Shown: positions 9,311 to 19,277, counted from the stretch's first letter. The stretch: DNA of 64,000 nt from an uncultured Gammaproteobacteria bacterium (GCA_963824045.1 CAWGNW010000009.1:95182-159181); one strand, 5' to 3'. Made by a program: numbers and translations. The notes: generated by a model from the sequence alone, not told the origin.

Positions 9311-10605
9311 GCCCTTGTCTGCCTGTCTTCCAGCCCGCTGCGTGCCTGCAGCGCCGGGTGGATACGTACGGTTTTGATCATGTTGTCCCGGATTTGCACG
9401 ATGTCGACGGGGTGGTTGTCGAGCAGCAGGCTGGTACCCTTTCCCGGGATCATTTCCATGACTTCGATAATCAGTCCGTTGAGCGTCTTGGGGCCGTCCG
9501 TGGGCAGCGCCATGCCGAGGGTGCTGTTCAGCGCCCGGATGGTGATCGAGCCGTCCACAATCCAGGTGCCGTCCTGCTGCGGCACGATGTCCTCGATGTG
9601 CGCTGTCGGATCCGAGGTGAATTCGCCGACGATCTCTTCCAGGATGTCTTCCAGCGTCACCAGCCCCTGGATCTCCCCGTACTCGTCCACGACGAAGCCG
9701 AGGCGGCGGTGCTCGCGCTGGAAGTTCAGCAGCTGGCGGTTCAGCGAGGTGTTTTCCGGTATGAAATACGGTGAGCGCGCGATGCGCAGCAGTTCCTCGC
9801 GGTCCAGCCTGTTCTGGTGCAGCAGCGGCAGTACGTTGCGCATGTGCAGGAAACCGATGGCATTGTTGATGTTTTCCCGATAGAGCGGCAGGCGGGTGTA
9901 CTGGGCGCTGGCCAGCAGTTTCGTCGTGGCTTCCCAGTCGGCGTCGATGTCGATCCCCGTGATCTCGTTGCGCGGCACCATGATGTCCTCAACCGTGACC
10001 TTTTCCAGGTCCATCAGGTTCAGCAGCATGGACTGGTGGCGCTTCGGGATCATGGCGCCGGCCTCGATCACCACGGTGCGCAACTCCTCGGTGGTGAGTG
10101 CCTGCGAGGCCGACTCTTCCGTGGAGACGCCGAGCAGCTTGAGCAGTCCGTTGGCAATGATGTTCACGATCCAGACAAACGGATACATCAGCTTCAGCAG
10201 CGGGGTGTAGATGTATGCCGCCGGAAAGGCGATGCGTTCGGGATGCAGGGCTGCGAGCGTCTTTGGCGTCACCTCGGCAAACAGCAGGATCACGATGGTC
10301 AGCACCATGCCCGCGGCAAACACGAACCCCGTATCGTTGTAGATGCGCAGGGTAATCAATGTCATCAGGATTGAGGCAAGGATATTGACGAAATTGTTGC
10401 CCAGCAGTATGAGCCCGATAAGGCGGTCCTGACGCTCCAGCAGCCGCTGGGCGCGCATGGCGCCGGGGTGGCCGCGGTCTGCAAGATGCCGCAGCCGATA
10501 GCGGTTCAGCGTCATCAGTCCGGTTTCGGAGCCGGAAAAAAAGGCGGAAAGCACGATGAGGAGCACGAGTGCCGCGATCAGCAGACTCAGCGGGGTATCG
10601 TCCAA
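9307..10605 (-). CDS. HlyC/CorC (CNNM) family transporter (DUF21 + CBS pair + CorC_HlyC)
   Basis: The N-terminus LLIVLSAFFSGSETGLMTLNRYRLRHL is the DUF21 signature. The CBS region and C-terminal transporter-associated domain pattern follow. Confidence 0.85.
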   Translation of the reverse strand: MDDTPLSLLIAALVLLIVLSAFFSGSETGLMTLNRYRLRHLADRGHPGAMRAQRLLERQDRLIGLILLGNNFVNILASILMTLITLRIYNDTGFVFAAGMVLTIVILLFAEVTPKTLAALHPERIAFPAAYIYTPLLKLMYPFVWIVNIIANGLLKLLGVSTEESASQALTTEELRTVVIEAGAMIPKRHQSMLLNLMDLEKVTVEDIMVPRNEITGIDIDADWEATTKLLASAQYTRLPLYRENINNAIGFLHMRNVLPLLHQNRLDREELLRIARSPYFIPENTSLNRQLLNFQREHRRLGFVVDEYGEIQGLVTLEDILEEIVGEFTSDPTAHIEDIVPQQDGTWIVDGSITIRALNSTLGMALPTDGPKTLNGLIIEVMEMIPGKGTSLLLDNHPVDIVQIRDNMIKTVRIHPALQARSGLEDRQTRA

Positions 10606-10683
10606 ACGGGGACAGCCTCTTGTTGATTAACCAGCGGCTATAGTACGGAAAAGCCTGCGCTGTGTCAGTCGGGTGCAGGCGGA

Positions 10684-11493
10684 TCAGCGCTTCAGGACCA
10701 GCTCCAGGACGAATTTGCTGCCGAAGTAGGCCAGCATCAGGAAAATGAAGCCGCCGATGGTCCAGCGGATGGCGACACGGCCACGCCAGCCGAAGCGCCA
10801 GCGCCCCCACAGCAGGATGCCGAATACGACCCAGGCGATGATCGACAGGATGGTCTTGTGCACCAGGTGCTGGGCGAAGATGTCCTCGAGAAACAGGATG
10901 CCGGTAACCAGCGCGAGTGTCAGCAGAACATAGCCGGCCGCGATCATCTGGAACAGCAGCGCCTCCATCACCTGCAGCGGCGGAAGGGCGCGAATAAATC
11001 CGCCGGGCTGGCGGTTATGCAGGTGCCGATCCTGCATCGCCAGCAGGACGGCCTGGATGACGGCCAGGCCGAGTATGCTGTAGGCAAGCAGCGATGTCAG
11101 GATATGGGCGTCCAGCTGCCAGGTGGCGGACTCGGTGAGCAGGTGCCGTTCCGGGTTGACCAGCAGCAGCGCGATGCTCAGGGCAGCCAGCAGGAATACC
11201 GGGATGCCGAGATTTTCGACCGGCTCGAACAGGGATGCCAGTATCAGCAGCAGTGCGGTGGTCAGTGCAATCAGTGAGGCCGCGTAGAAAAACCCCAGGT
11301 TGAGACCGCTGGATGTGAGGATCGAGGGGTACAGCATGGTGGTATGGATGACGATGGCCCCCAGTCCGATCAGGATGATCTGGTTGCGATCGCAGCCGGT
11401 TTCGAGGTTGCCCCGCACCAGCCGCAGCGTCAGCAGGGAGCCCGCAAGCAGGTACAGGGTGATGGCGAGTATACCGGGGAGCAGCGAATTCAT
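10684..11493 (-). CDS. Cytochrome c assembly family inner-membrane protein (YpjD/CcsA-like)
   Basis: 269-aa polytopic protein divergent from ffh, which is the conserved ypjD-ffh arrangement. Confidence 0.7.
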   Translation of the reverse strand: MNSLLPGILAITLYLLAGSLLTLRLVRGNLETGCDRNQIILIGLGAIVIHTTMLYPSILTSSGLNLGFFYAASLIALTTALLLILASLFEPVENLGIPVFLLAALSIALLLVNPERHLLTESATWQLDAHILTSLLAYSILGLAVIQAVLLAMQDRHLHNRQPGGFIRALPPLQVMEALLFQMIAAGYVLLTLALVTGILFLEDIFAQHLVHKTILSIIAWVVFGILLWGRWRFGWRGRVAIRWTIGGFIFLMLAYFGSKFVLELVLKR

Positions 11494-11632
11494 GGCGAAA
11501 TCATCGCATAACTGCGGCGGTCATTGAAGTGCCTGCCGGGAAATGTATGCCGGCTGCCCGGATAAGCATATTTGCAGTTATAATTCCCGCCTTCTTTAGT
11601 GCTGCAACGGCAATCCGGGAACAGGGTGTGTG

Positions 11633-12990
11633 ATGTTTGACAATCTTTCCGAGCGACTTTCGAAAACCATCAGGAACCTGCGCGGGCAGGGGCGGCTGAC
11701 AGACGACGAACATCAGTGATGCCTTGCGCGATGTGCGCATGGCGCTGCTGGAGGCCGACGTGGCGCTGCCGGTGGTGAAGGATTTCATCGAGCGCGTGCG
11801 CGTGCGCGCCATGGGTCAGGAGGTGCTGAAAAGCCTGACACCGGGACAGACCCTGGTCAAGGTGGTCAACGATGAGCTCGTCCACACCATGGGTGAGGCC
11901 AACGATGCCCTTGACCTCAGTGTGCAGCCTCCCGCCGTGATCCTGATGGCGGGACTGCAGGGCTCCGGCAAGACTACCAGCAGCGCCAAGCTGGCGCGCA
12001 TGCTGCAGGAACGCCAGCGCAAGCGTGTACTGCTGGCAAGCTGCGATATCTATCGTCCGGCAGCCATCGAGCAGCTGCAGACGCTGGCGCAGGAGGTCGG
12101 CGCCGGGTTCTTCCCCAGTTCACCGGACCAGGACCCGGTGCAGATCGCTGTCGATGCCGTGTTGCATGCGCGCAGGCAGCATCTCGACGTCGTGATCATC
12201 GACACCGCGGGACGCCTGCATATCGACGAGGCCATGATGGCGGAAATCCAGCAGCTGCACACGGCTGTTAATCCGGTCGAGACGCTGTTCGTGGTGGACA
12301 GCATGACCGGTCAGGATGCTGCAAACACGGCGCGCACTTTCAGCGAGGTGCTGCCGCTGACCGGTATCATCCTGACCAAGACAGATGGTGATTCCCGCGG
12401 CGGCGCGGCGCTGTCGATTCGCGCCATTACCGGCAAGCCGATCAAGTTCATGGGCGTGGGCGAGAAGATCGCCGCGCTGGAGCCGTTCCACCCGGAGCGC
12501 ATTGCCTCGCGCATTCTCGGCATGGGCGATGTCCTCAGCCTGGTCGAGGAGGCCGAGCAGAAGGTCGACAAGGAAAAGGTCGCCAGGCTGGCGCAGAAGA
12601 TTTCCGGTGGCAAGAATTTTGACATGAACGACTTCAGCGACCAGCTGGACCAGATGCTGAGCATGGGGGGGCTTGCCGGCCTGATGGACAAGCTGCCCGG
12701 TGCCGGGCAGTTGCCGAAGAATGCCATGCCGGACGACAGCCAGGTGCATCGCATGAAGGCGATCATCAATTCCATGACACCAGCAGGAACGCAGTTTTCC
12801 GGCCATTATCAAGGGTTCGCGCCGCCGCCGCATCGCGGCCGGATCCGGCACCCAGGTGCAGGATGTCAATCGCCTCCTGAAGCAGCACCTGCAAATGCAG
12901 AAGATGATGAAAAGGATGAAAAAAGGCGGGATGGCGAAAATGCTGCGCGGCCTGAAGGGCGGGGGAGGACCGCAGGGATTACCGTTCTGA
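11633..12990 (+). pseudogene. ffh: Signal recognition particle protein Ffh, interrupted as sequenced by two +1 frameshifts (near 11708-11710 and 12786-12787)
   Basis: Three frames join to a full Ffh. They read MFDNLSERLSKTIRNLRGQGRLTDD | ..ISDALRDVRMALLEADVALPVVKDF...GLQGSGKTT...DTAGRL...INSMTPA | [33 protein letters not shown]...MKKGGMAKM. Confidence 0.9.
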
Positions 12991-13042
12991 AGCGCCGGGG
13001 GCGTTCCGCGGTGTCCGGCGTTTGGCGGTTTTGCGGAGGCTG

Positions 13043-13070
13043 AAAAGAAAAACGGTGGCTGGTGCCACCG
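13043..13070 (-). terminator. Rho-independent terminator oriented for the minus strand
   Basis: Minus strand reads cggtggc-acca-gccaccg followed by tttttctttt. The plus-strand reading lacks a T run. Confidence 0.75.
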
Positions 13071-13234
13071 TCGAGTTACTGCGCTGTTCGGCTATATGTG
13101 ATGAGTTCTTGTTGTCTCGGTCTGACCGGAAGCCGGTGCGCAAGGCTGTTATTAGTATTAGGGTGCCATGAGCTTGTTCTGTTTTTGCCGAAGGTACTGC
13201 CTCCCCCGAAAAGTCTCTCTTTGTTTCATGCTCA
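13043..13234 (-). ncRNA. Candidate sigma-54-dependent small RNA (about 190 nt), unassigned family
   Basis: Bounded by the TGGCAC-N5-TTGC promoter (13246-13260) and the intrinsic terminator (13043-13070). The only internal ORFs are 23 codons or fewer and lack a usable SD. Local GC is lower than in flanking genes. Confidence 0.5.
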
Positions 13235-13245
13235 CCCTACATAAG

Positions 13246-13260
13246 GCAATTGCTGTGCCA
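13246..13260 (-). promoter_or_regulatory. Sigma-54 (RpoN) -24/-12 promoter
   Basis: Minus strand reads TGGCACagcaaTTGC, with GG-N10-GC spacing exactly as in the consensus TGGCAC-N5-TTGC. A T8 tract lies just upstream, and the 12-bp perfect palindrome caatcgcgattg (13325-13336) lies about 70 nt upstream. Confidence 0.7.
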
Positions 13261-13533
13261 AGAAAAAAAATACCAGTCGTTAAAATAACTTAGGGGTCAT
13301 TTGATTGACGCGCCCGGGCGTGTGCAATCGCGATTGGTAAAAAATATCGACACCCGGACTGCGGTACCGGCACCATGCCTTCAGGTAAATGACAATACAA
13401 AACATGATGTTGCGCTTGTTTTGCAAGGTGTCATCTGAGGGTGGCAGGCCTGTAATGAATCTCGACAGGTGTCACGGCGAACACCGGGTTGGTCCGGCTT
13501 TTCCCCGGCATCTGGTTTAATCACTTGCAGCCC

Positions 13534-13561
13534 TTCACATTTTCTGTAAATCGCGTAGAAT
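13534..13561 (+). promoter_or_regulatory. Candidate sigma-70 promoter of the rpsP operon (TTCACA-16 nt-TAGAAT, GC discriminator)
   Basis: TTCACA at 13534-13539 and TAGAAT at 13556-13561, followed by tgcgcgg. Confidence 0.45.
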
Positions 13562-13642
13562 TGCGCGGCTTTTAAGGCGTGTTGCGAACGGCTGGTCCGC
13601 TAGCGGCATGAAATGTCCAAGCTGTACAGGAAACAAGTTCTT

Positions 13643-13888
13643 ATGGTGACGATCAGAATGTCACGGGGTGGCGCAAAGAAACGCCCGTTCTACCACATCG
13701 TGGTAACCGACAACCGTAACCGCCGGGACGGCAGTTACATCGAACGGATCGGTTTTTTCAATCCGATTGCGACGGGTGGTGAAGAACGCCTCCGGATCGA
13801 CGCGGAGCGTGCGGACTACTGGCATGCACTGGGTGCGCAGATGTCCGATCGCGTGGCGCAGCTGTTGAAGGAAAGCCGGGCGCAGTAG
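13643..13888 (+). CDS. rpsP: 30S ribosomal protein S16
   Basis: [41 protein letters not shown] is the S16 signature. Confidence 0.95.
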   Translation: MVTIRMSRGGAKKRPFYHIVVTDNRNRRDGSYIERIGFFNPIATGGEERLRIDAERADYWHALGAQMSDRVAQLLKESRAQ

Positions 13889-13925
13889 ACCCCGGCCCGG
13901 GCCGGCACCCGCGGTACCCAATGCG

Positions 13926-14447
13926 ATGGCCGTAGCAAGCCACAGTCAGGAAGCGCCGCTGGTAATGGGGCGCATCGCCGCGCCTTTCGGCGTCAGGGGC
14001 TGGGTCAGGGTGGTCACGTTCACGGAAACACCGGGAAACCTGCTGGCCTATTCGCCCTGGTACCTGAAGCGGGAAGATGGCTGGCAGGCGGTCGAGCTTC
14101 TCGATGGACGGGAGCACGGCAAGGGCCTGGTGGTGCAGCTGGCGGCTTGTGATGACCGCGATGCAGCCGCCGAGTTGAGCGGAACTGAAATCGGCGTCTA
14201 CCGGAGCCAGTTGCCGGCGCCGGATAGCGACGAGTATTACTGGAGCGACCTGATCGGTCTGCAGGTCTTCACCACGCAGGACAAACTGCTGGGTGTCGTG
14301 GACCACCTGATCGAAACCGGTGCCAACGACGTACTGGTGATTCGCGGCGAGCGTGAATGTCTGGTCCCCTTTATCAGGGAACAGGTGATAAAGTCCGTTG
14401 ATCTGGAGGCAGGCGTGATCCGCGTCGACTGGGACCCGGATTTCTAG
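13926..14447 (+). CDS. rimM: Ribosome maturation factor RimM
   Basis: VMGRIAAPFGVRGWVRV...PWYL is the RimM pattern. It sits in the rpsP-rimM-trmD-rplS order. Confidence 0.9.
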   Translation: MAVASHSQEAPLVMGRIAAPFGVRGWVRVVTFTETPGNLLAYSPWYLKREDGWQAVELLDGREHGKGLVVQLAACDDRDAAAELSGTEIGVYRSQLPAPDSDEYYWSDLIGLQVFTTQDKLLGVVDHLIETGANDVLVIRGERECLVPFIREQVIKSVDLEAGVIRVDWDPDF

Positions 14448-14451
14448 GCGC

Positions 14452-15197
14452 ATGCGAATCGATGTCGTTACCCTGTTCCCGGCCATGATCGAGGGTCAGG
14501 CACGCTTACGGCATACAGGGACGCGCCATTGAGAAAGGCCTGCTGCAGCTGGTGACCTGGAACCCGCGGGACTTCAGCCGTGACCGGCACCGTGCGGTGG
14601 ACGACCGGCCCTATGGCGGGGGGCCGGGCATGGTCATGCAGGTGCAGCCGCTGCGCGCGGCGCTGCACGCGGCCCGCGCGGATGGTGATCCGGCGCACGG
14701 TTATTTACCTGTCACCACAGGGCGCCCGTTTTGATCAGGCGCGGGCACGCGACCTGGCGGGAGGGCAGCGGCTGATCCTGCTGGCGGGCCGCTACGAGGG
14801 TATTGATGAACGCGTCATCGATCTCGAGGTGGATGAGGAACTCTCGATCGGTGACTATGTCCTCAGCGGCGGCGAATTGCCTGCGCTGGTGGTGATGGAT
14901 GCGGTGACACGGCTGCTGCCCGGTGCACTGGGTGATGCGGATTCCGCGCAGGAGGATTCCTTCATGGATGGCCTGCTGGATTATCCGCACTATACGCGGC
15001 CGGAGGAGATCGACGGCCTGCCGGTGCCCGCTGTCCTCGTTGGCGGGCACCATGCGGAGATCAGGCGCTGGCGTCACAAGCAGGCGCTGGGCAGGACCTG
15101 GCTGCGGCGCCCGGACCTGCTGGATTCGCAGCAGCTGGATGCGGAGCAGCAGGCATTGCTGAACGAATTTATCAGCGAATACGAAGCGGGCAATTGA
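14452..15197 (+). pseudogene. trmD: tRNA (guanine37-N1)-methyltransferase TrmD, interrupted as sequenced by two +1 frameshifts (near 14506-14507 and 14699-14700)
   Basis: Three frames join to a full TrmD. They read [18 protein letters not shown] | [44 protein letters not shown]...DPAH | [13 protein letters not shown]...[10 protein letters not shown]...[14 protein letters not shown]...HHAEIRRWR. Confidence 0.9.
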
Positions 15198-15236
15198 GTG
15201 ATCAATGGCCCTTTAAAGCAAACAGAGGATCAGGTC

Positions 15237-15584
15237 ATGAGCAACATTATCGAACAGCTTGAACAGGAACAGATGAAGCAGGATATTCCGGACTTCAGCA
15301 CCGGTGATACTGTCGTCGTGCAGGTCAAGGTGAAGGAAGGCAACCGCGAACGCCTGCAGGCATTTGAGGGTGTTGTCATCGCCAGGCGCAATCGCGGCCT
15401 GAACTCGGCCTTTACCGTGCGCAAGATATCTCACGGCGAGGGTGTTGAGCGCGTATTCCAGACGCACAGTCCGTCGATCGCCTCGATCCAGGTGAAGCGC
15501 AAGGGTGACGTGCGCCGCGCCAAGCTGTATTACCTCCGTGAACGTTCCGGCAAGTCCGCCCGCATCAAGGAAAAGCTGTCCTAA
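15237..15584 (+). CDS. rplS: 50S ribosomal protein L19
   Basis: [14 protein letters not shown]...[46 protein letters not shown] is the L19 signature. Confidence 0.95.
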   Translation: MSNIIEQLEQEQMKQDIPDFSTGDTVVVQVKVKEGNRERLQAFEGVVIARRNRGLNSAFTVRKISHGEGVERVFQTHSPSIASIQVKRKGDVRRAKLYYLRERSGKSARIKEKLS

Positions 15585-15615
15585 GACAGGCGGGGTCAAC
15601 GCCGGCAGCCTTGAA

Positions 15616-15647
15616 CGGGCATCCCTGCAGGGATGCCCGTTTTTTTT
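15616..15647 (+). terminator. Rho-independent terminator of the rpsP operon
   Basis: cgggcatccc-tgca-gggatgcccg followed by T8. Confidence 0.85.
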
Positions 15648-15648
15648 G

Positions 15649-15759
15649 CCTGCAGGGATGGAGGTACATCGCAGGGGAGCGATGCGACTGCAGGGATGGT
15701 CGCTACGGGCATCCCCGGCAACTGCGTCCTGCGTTGCCCTAACTCCTGCATCCTTGCAG
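15649..15759. repeat. Repeat family B (ctgcagggatg motifs plus a 43-bp core)
   Basis: Bases 15717-15759 are the reverse complement of 59311-59353 with 41/43 identities. ctgcagggatg occurs three times locally. Confidence 0.7.
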
Positions 15760-15957
15760 TCTTGCCCTCTCGCGACACTTGTGCGTCCCTGTATACTGAA
15801 GATATGTCGCGGGAGGCGGCGAGAAGGTGAACCCGGTGCGGGTCCCGGCCATGCCGGGCGCGGGGTGTCGCATCGGTTGCGACGAGAGCAGAAAAATGAC
15901 CGTTCGGAAAATGCTAATATTGTCACGCCAGGCAGCAGAAAGACGGGGGCGGGCCAG

Positions 15958-16456
15958 ATGAACCAGATTGTATGCGACTATTCCATTGTGCTGGACTCAC
16001 CGCTGGGCCGGCTGGGTGTCTGCCTGCAGGCCGGGCATGTGACCCGGCTGAATTACCTGCCAAAGACCTGGCGCCTGCGGCCGGCCACCACGAAAATGGA
16101 ACAAGGTGTCGTGCAGCAGCTGGAATCCTATTTCTCGGATCCGCGCAGTCGCTTCAAACTTCCGCTCGAGATGCACGGCACACCATTCCAGTTGCGTGTC
16201 TGGCAGGCACTGCAGACCATCCCTGCCGGCACGACCGTCACCTACGGGCAACTGGCCGAGCGACTCGACAGCGGGGCGCGGGCCGTGGGCAACGCCTGCC
16301 GGCGCAATCCCGATCGCGATCATCGTGCCCTGCCACCGGGTCACGGCTGCCTCCGGTATCGGCGGCTATTCCGGCAAATCCGATGGTCCGCCGCTGGTGC
16401 GCAAGCAATGGCTGCTGCGGCATGAAAGTCGAGAGCAGGGCTTGAAAACCGCCTGA
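15958..16456 (+). pseudogene. ogt: Methylated-DNA--protein-cysteine methyltransferase (Ogt/Ada C-domain type), one +1 frameshift near 16309-16312
   Basis: Frame 1 reads ...TPFQLRVWQALQTIPAGTTVTYGQLAERLDSGARAVGNACRRNP. Frame 2 continues IAIIVPCHRVTAASGIGGYSG, which carries the PCHRV active site. Confidence 0.85.
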
Positions 16457-16468
16457 TTCGACCCCATT
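16441..16468 (+). promoter_or_regulatory. Sigma-32 (RpoH) heat-shock promoter for htpG
   Basis: CTTGAAA at 16441-16447, a 14-nt spacer, then CCCCATT at 16462-16468, matching the consensus CTTGAAA-N13-15-CCCCATNT. It lies about 100 nt upstream of htpG and spans the ogt stop codon. Confidence 0.7.
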
Positions 16469-16565
16469 GCAGGAACTGATCCGCGGTATTCAGCATTCTG
16501 CCATGCGCAGGCATGCATGAGAGCCGCTTCTGTTATTCACCAGAAAATCCAGAGGAATAGCCGGT

Positions 16566-18470
16566 ATGTCAGTCGATACCCAGAAGGAAACGCTTGAATT
16601 CCAGACCGAGGTGAAGCAATTGCTGCACCTCATGATCCACTCGCTGTATTCCAACAAGGAAATCTTCCTGCGCGAACTGGTTTCGAACAGTTCGGATGCC
16701 TGCGACAAGCTGCGCTTCGAGGCGCTGGCGAATGACAAGCTCTACGAGGGGGACACCCGCCTGCAGATCCGTGTGGACTTCGACAAACAGGCCGGCACGG
16801 TCACGGTTACCGACAACGGTATCGGCATGACCCGGGATGAGGTGGTCGAGAATATCGGCACCATCGCCAAGTCCGGCACCCGCCAGTTCTTCGAGTCGCT
16901 GACCGGGGACCAGGCGCAGGATACGCAACTTATCGGACAGTTCGGCGTCGGTTTCTATTCCTCCTTCATCGTTGCCGACAGGGTCACCCTGACGACCCGG
17001 CGTGCGGGATTGCCGGTTGAGCAGGGCGTGAACTGGTCCTCGACCGGTGATGGCAGCTACACCCTGGAAACCATTGAAAGACCGGAGCGTGGCACCACGG
17101 TCGTGCTGCACCTGCGTGAAGGCGAGGAAGAGTTCCTTGAGGCGTATCGGCTGCGCAGCATCATCGCCAAGTATTCCGACCACATTCCGCTGCCGATCGA
17201 AATGCGCAAGGCGGCGGGCGGTGAGGAGCAGGAACAGGAACAGCAGGAAGAATACGAGGCAGTCAACAAGGCCTCGGCGCTGTGGACCCTGCCGCGCAAG
17301 GACATCTCCGATGAGGAATACAGGGAATTCTACAAGCATGTCGCGCACGACTTCGAGGATCCGATGAAGTGGGTGCACAGTCATGTGGAGGGGGCGCAGT
17401 CCTACAAATCGCTGTTCTACATCCCGGCGCGTGCGCCATTCGATCTCTACGACCGCGACAGCCGGCACGGCATCAAGCTGTACGTGCGCCGCGTCTTCAT
17501 CATGGATGATGCCGAGCAGCTGATGCCCTACTACCTGCGTTTCGTGCGCGGCCTGGTGGACTCGGACGACCTGCCGCTGAACGTGTCGCGCGAGATCCTG
17601 CAGCACAACAAGCTGATCGACACCATCCGCTCGGCATCGATCAAGAAGATTCTCGGTCTGCTGGAAGGCATGGCGCAGGAGGAAGCGGAGACCTATGCAA
17701 CCTTCTGGACACAGTTCGGCAGGGTCCTGAAGGAAGGTCCGGGCGAGGACTTCGCCAACCGCGAACGCATCGCGAAACTGCTGCGCTTTGCGTCCACGCA
17801 GGCAGACACCGATGCGCAAACGGTTTCGCTGGATGACTACATCGGGCGCATGAAAGACAGCCAGGAAAAGATCTACTACATCACCGCCGACAGTTTCGCG
17901 GCTGCGAAGCACAGTCCGCACCTGCAGATCTTCCGGCGCAAGGGCATCGAGGTGCTGCTGCTGTCGGACCGCGTCGACGAATGGCTGGTGGCCCACCTGA
18001 ACGAATACGCCGGCAAGCCACTGGCATCCGTCGCCAGGGGTGAACTGGACCTCGACAAGCTGGCGGACAAGGATGAGCAGGAAGCCGCGAAGCAGTTCGA
18101 GGGCGAGTATGCCGACCTGGTCAAGCGCATGCAGGACGTGCTCAAGGAGCGGGTCAGGGAGGTGCGGGTCAGCCAGCGCCTGACGGATTCCCCGTCCTGT
18201 CTGGTAATGGGCGAGCACGACATGGCTGTACACATGCAGCAGATGCTGCGCCAGGCAGGGCATGAGGTGCCGGTCAGCAAGCCTGATCTGGAAGTCAATC
18301 CCGCACACCCGCTGGTCAGCCGTCTGAAGGACGAGACCGACGCTGCGCGTTTTGCGAGCTGGTCGAATGTGCTGCTGGACCAGGCCATGCTGAGTGAGGG
18401 CGGGCAGCTGGATGACCCCGTCGCTTTCGTGAACCGCTTGAACGACCTGCTGCTGGAAATGACCGGGTAG
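16566..18470 (+). CDS. htpG: Molecular chaperone HtpG (Hsp90)
   Basis: [49 protein letters not shown] and the full 634-aa length. Confidence 0.95.
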   Translation: MSVDTQKETLEFQTEVKQLLHLMIHSLYSNKEIFLRELVSNSSDACDKLRFEALANDKLYEGDTRLQIRVDFDKQAGTVTVTDNGIGMTRDEVVENIGTIAKSGTRQFFESLTGDQAQDTQLIGQFGVGFYSSFIVADRVTLTTRRAGLPVEQGVNWSSTGDGSYTLETIERPERGTTVVLHLREGEEEFLEAYRLRSIIAKYSDHIPLPIEMRKAAGGEEQEQEQQEEYEAVNKASALWTLPRKDISDEEYREFYKHVAHDFEDPMKWVHSHVEGAQSYKSLFYIPARAPFDLYDRDSRHGIKLYVRRVFIMDDAEQLMPYYLRFVRGLVDSDDLPLNVSREILQHNKLIDTIRSASIKKILGLLEGMAQEEAETYATFWTQFGRVLKEGPGEDFANRERIAKLLRFASTQADTDAQTVSLDDYIGRMKDSQEKIYYITADSFAAAKHSPHLQIFRRKGIEVLLLSDRVDEWLVAHLNEYAGKPLASVARGELDLDKLADKDEQEAAKQFEGEYADLVKRMQDVLKERVREVRVSQRLTDSPSCLVMGEHDMAVHMQQMLRQAGHEVPVSKPDLEVNPAHPLVSRLKDETDAARFASWSNVLLDQAMLSEGGQLDDPVAFVNRLNDLLLEMTG

Positions 18471-18535
18471 TATGAACGCTCCCGCGTCGTGCGGGAGCAC
18501 CCCGGCGCGCGCGCAGCGGACACGGGAGGGAATAG

Positions 18536-19201
18536 ATGGACAGGCCCGTACTGCTGGCCACGGTATTCACGGATTACATCTGTCCCTTCTGCTACGTGGG
18601 CGATGTGCGGCTGGAACGGCTGCGCGAACACTTCGACCTGAAGATCAACTGGTGTTTTCTGGAGATACATCCGGACACGCCTGCCAGCGGCATGCCGGTG
18701 CGGGAACTCGGCTACTCCGATGGCCTGTGGCGGCAGATGATGGACAATCTCAACGCCATGGGCGCGGCAGAAGGCATCCGTTTCCGGGAACACGATTTCA
18801 CCACCAATTCGCACCGCGCGCTGCTGCTGGCCGAGGCCACCAGGGAAGAGGGTGCGGCGGTGTTCTACCGCCTGCACCGGCGCCTGTTCACGGCATATTT
18901 CACCGAGGGCCTGAATATCGGTGACGTGGCGGTGCTGCGGTCACTTGCGGCGGAATGCGGCGTGGCCGCCGGCACGGTCGAGCGCGCCTGGCAGGAGGAG
19001 CGTTATGAACAGCAGCTGCAGCGTTACCTTGCCGGTGCGTACGAACTGGAGGTGCGCGCTACCCCCACTATCTTTTTCGGCAGGGAAAACCGCCTCAACG
19101 GGGCCTTGCCCTTCGAGGCCTTCCTGCGGGCAGCGCGGGCCGGTGCCGCGGCGCAGCAGGCGGAGGCGGCAGGGTTGGCAGTCAAGCCGGAGGAACCTTG
19201 A
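18536..19201 (+). CDS. DsbA-family (FrnE-like) thiol oxidoreductase
   Basis: CPFC redox motif in FTDYICPFCYVG. Thioredoxin-fold length is about 220 aa. Confidence 0.75.
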   Translation: MDRPVLLATVFTDYICPFCYVGDVRLERLREHFDLKINWCFLEIHPDTPASGMPVRELGYSDGLWRQMMDNLNAMGAAEGIRFREHDFTTNSHRALLLAEATREEGAAVFYRLHRRLFTAYFTEGLNIGDVAVLRSLAAECGVAAGTVERAWQEERYEQQLQRYLAGAYELEVRATPTIFFGRENRLNGALPFEAFLRAARAGAAAQQAEAAGLAVKPEEP

Positions 19202-19277
19202 GATGCCGGAGTGCGGCAGGATGGATTGCTTGCCCGACTGGCGGTTGTGATGATCTTTGGCTATTAAAACCAGGCAC

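Noticed and set aside
11700-11720. Programmed +1 ribosomal frameshifting or transcriptional slippage as the explanation for the ffh and trmD shifts
   Set aside because: There is no shared slippery motif, no stimulatory SD or stop-codon context like prfB, and the mononucleotide runs are only 2-4 nt. The same kind of shift also hits unrelated genes (ogt, glgX, addA).
13062-13244. 60-aa plus-strand ORF in the ffh-rpsP spacer
   Set aside because: It is Cys/Leu-rich, has no SD, and overlaps the better-supported minus-strand sigma-54 transcript and its terminator.
16569-18500. 643-aa ORF antisense to the whole of htpG. Similar cases are 60998-62536 opposite mutS, 27587-29068 opposite SulP, and 54290-55336 and 55355-56377 opposite addA.
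   Set aside because: Their composition is Arg/Gly/Ala/Gln/His-rich with no motifs. Long stop-free antisense frames are the expected by-product of GC-rich third-position codon usage. The sense strands carry unmistakable family signatures.
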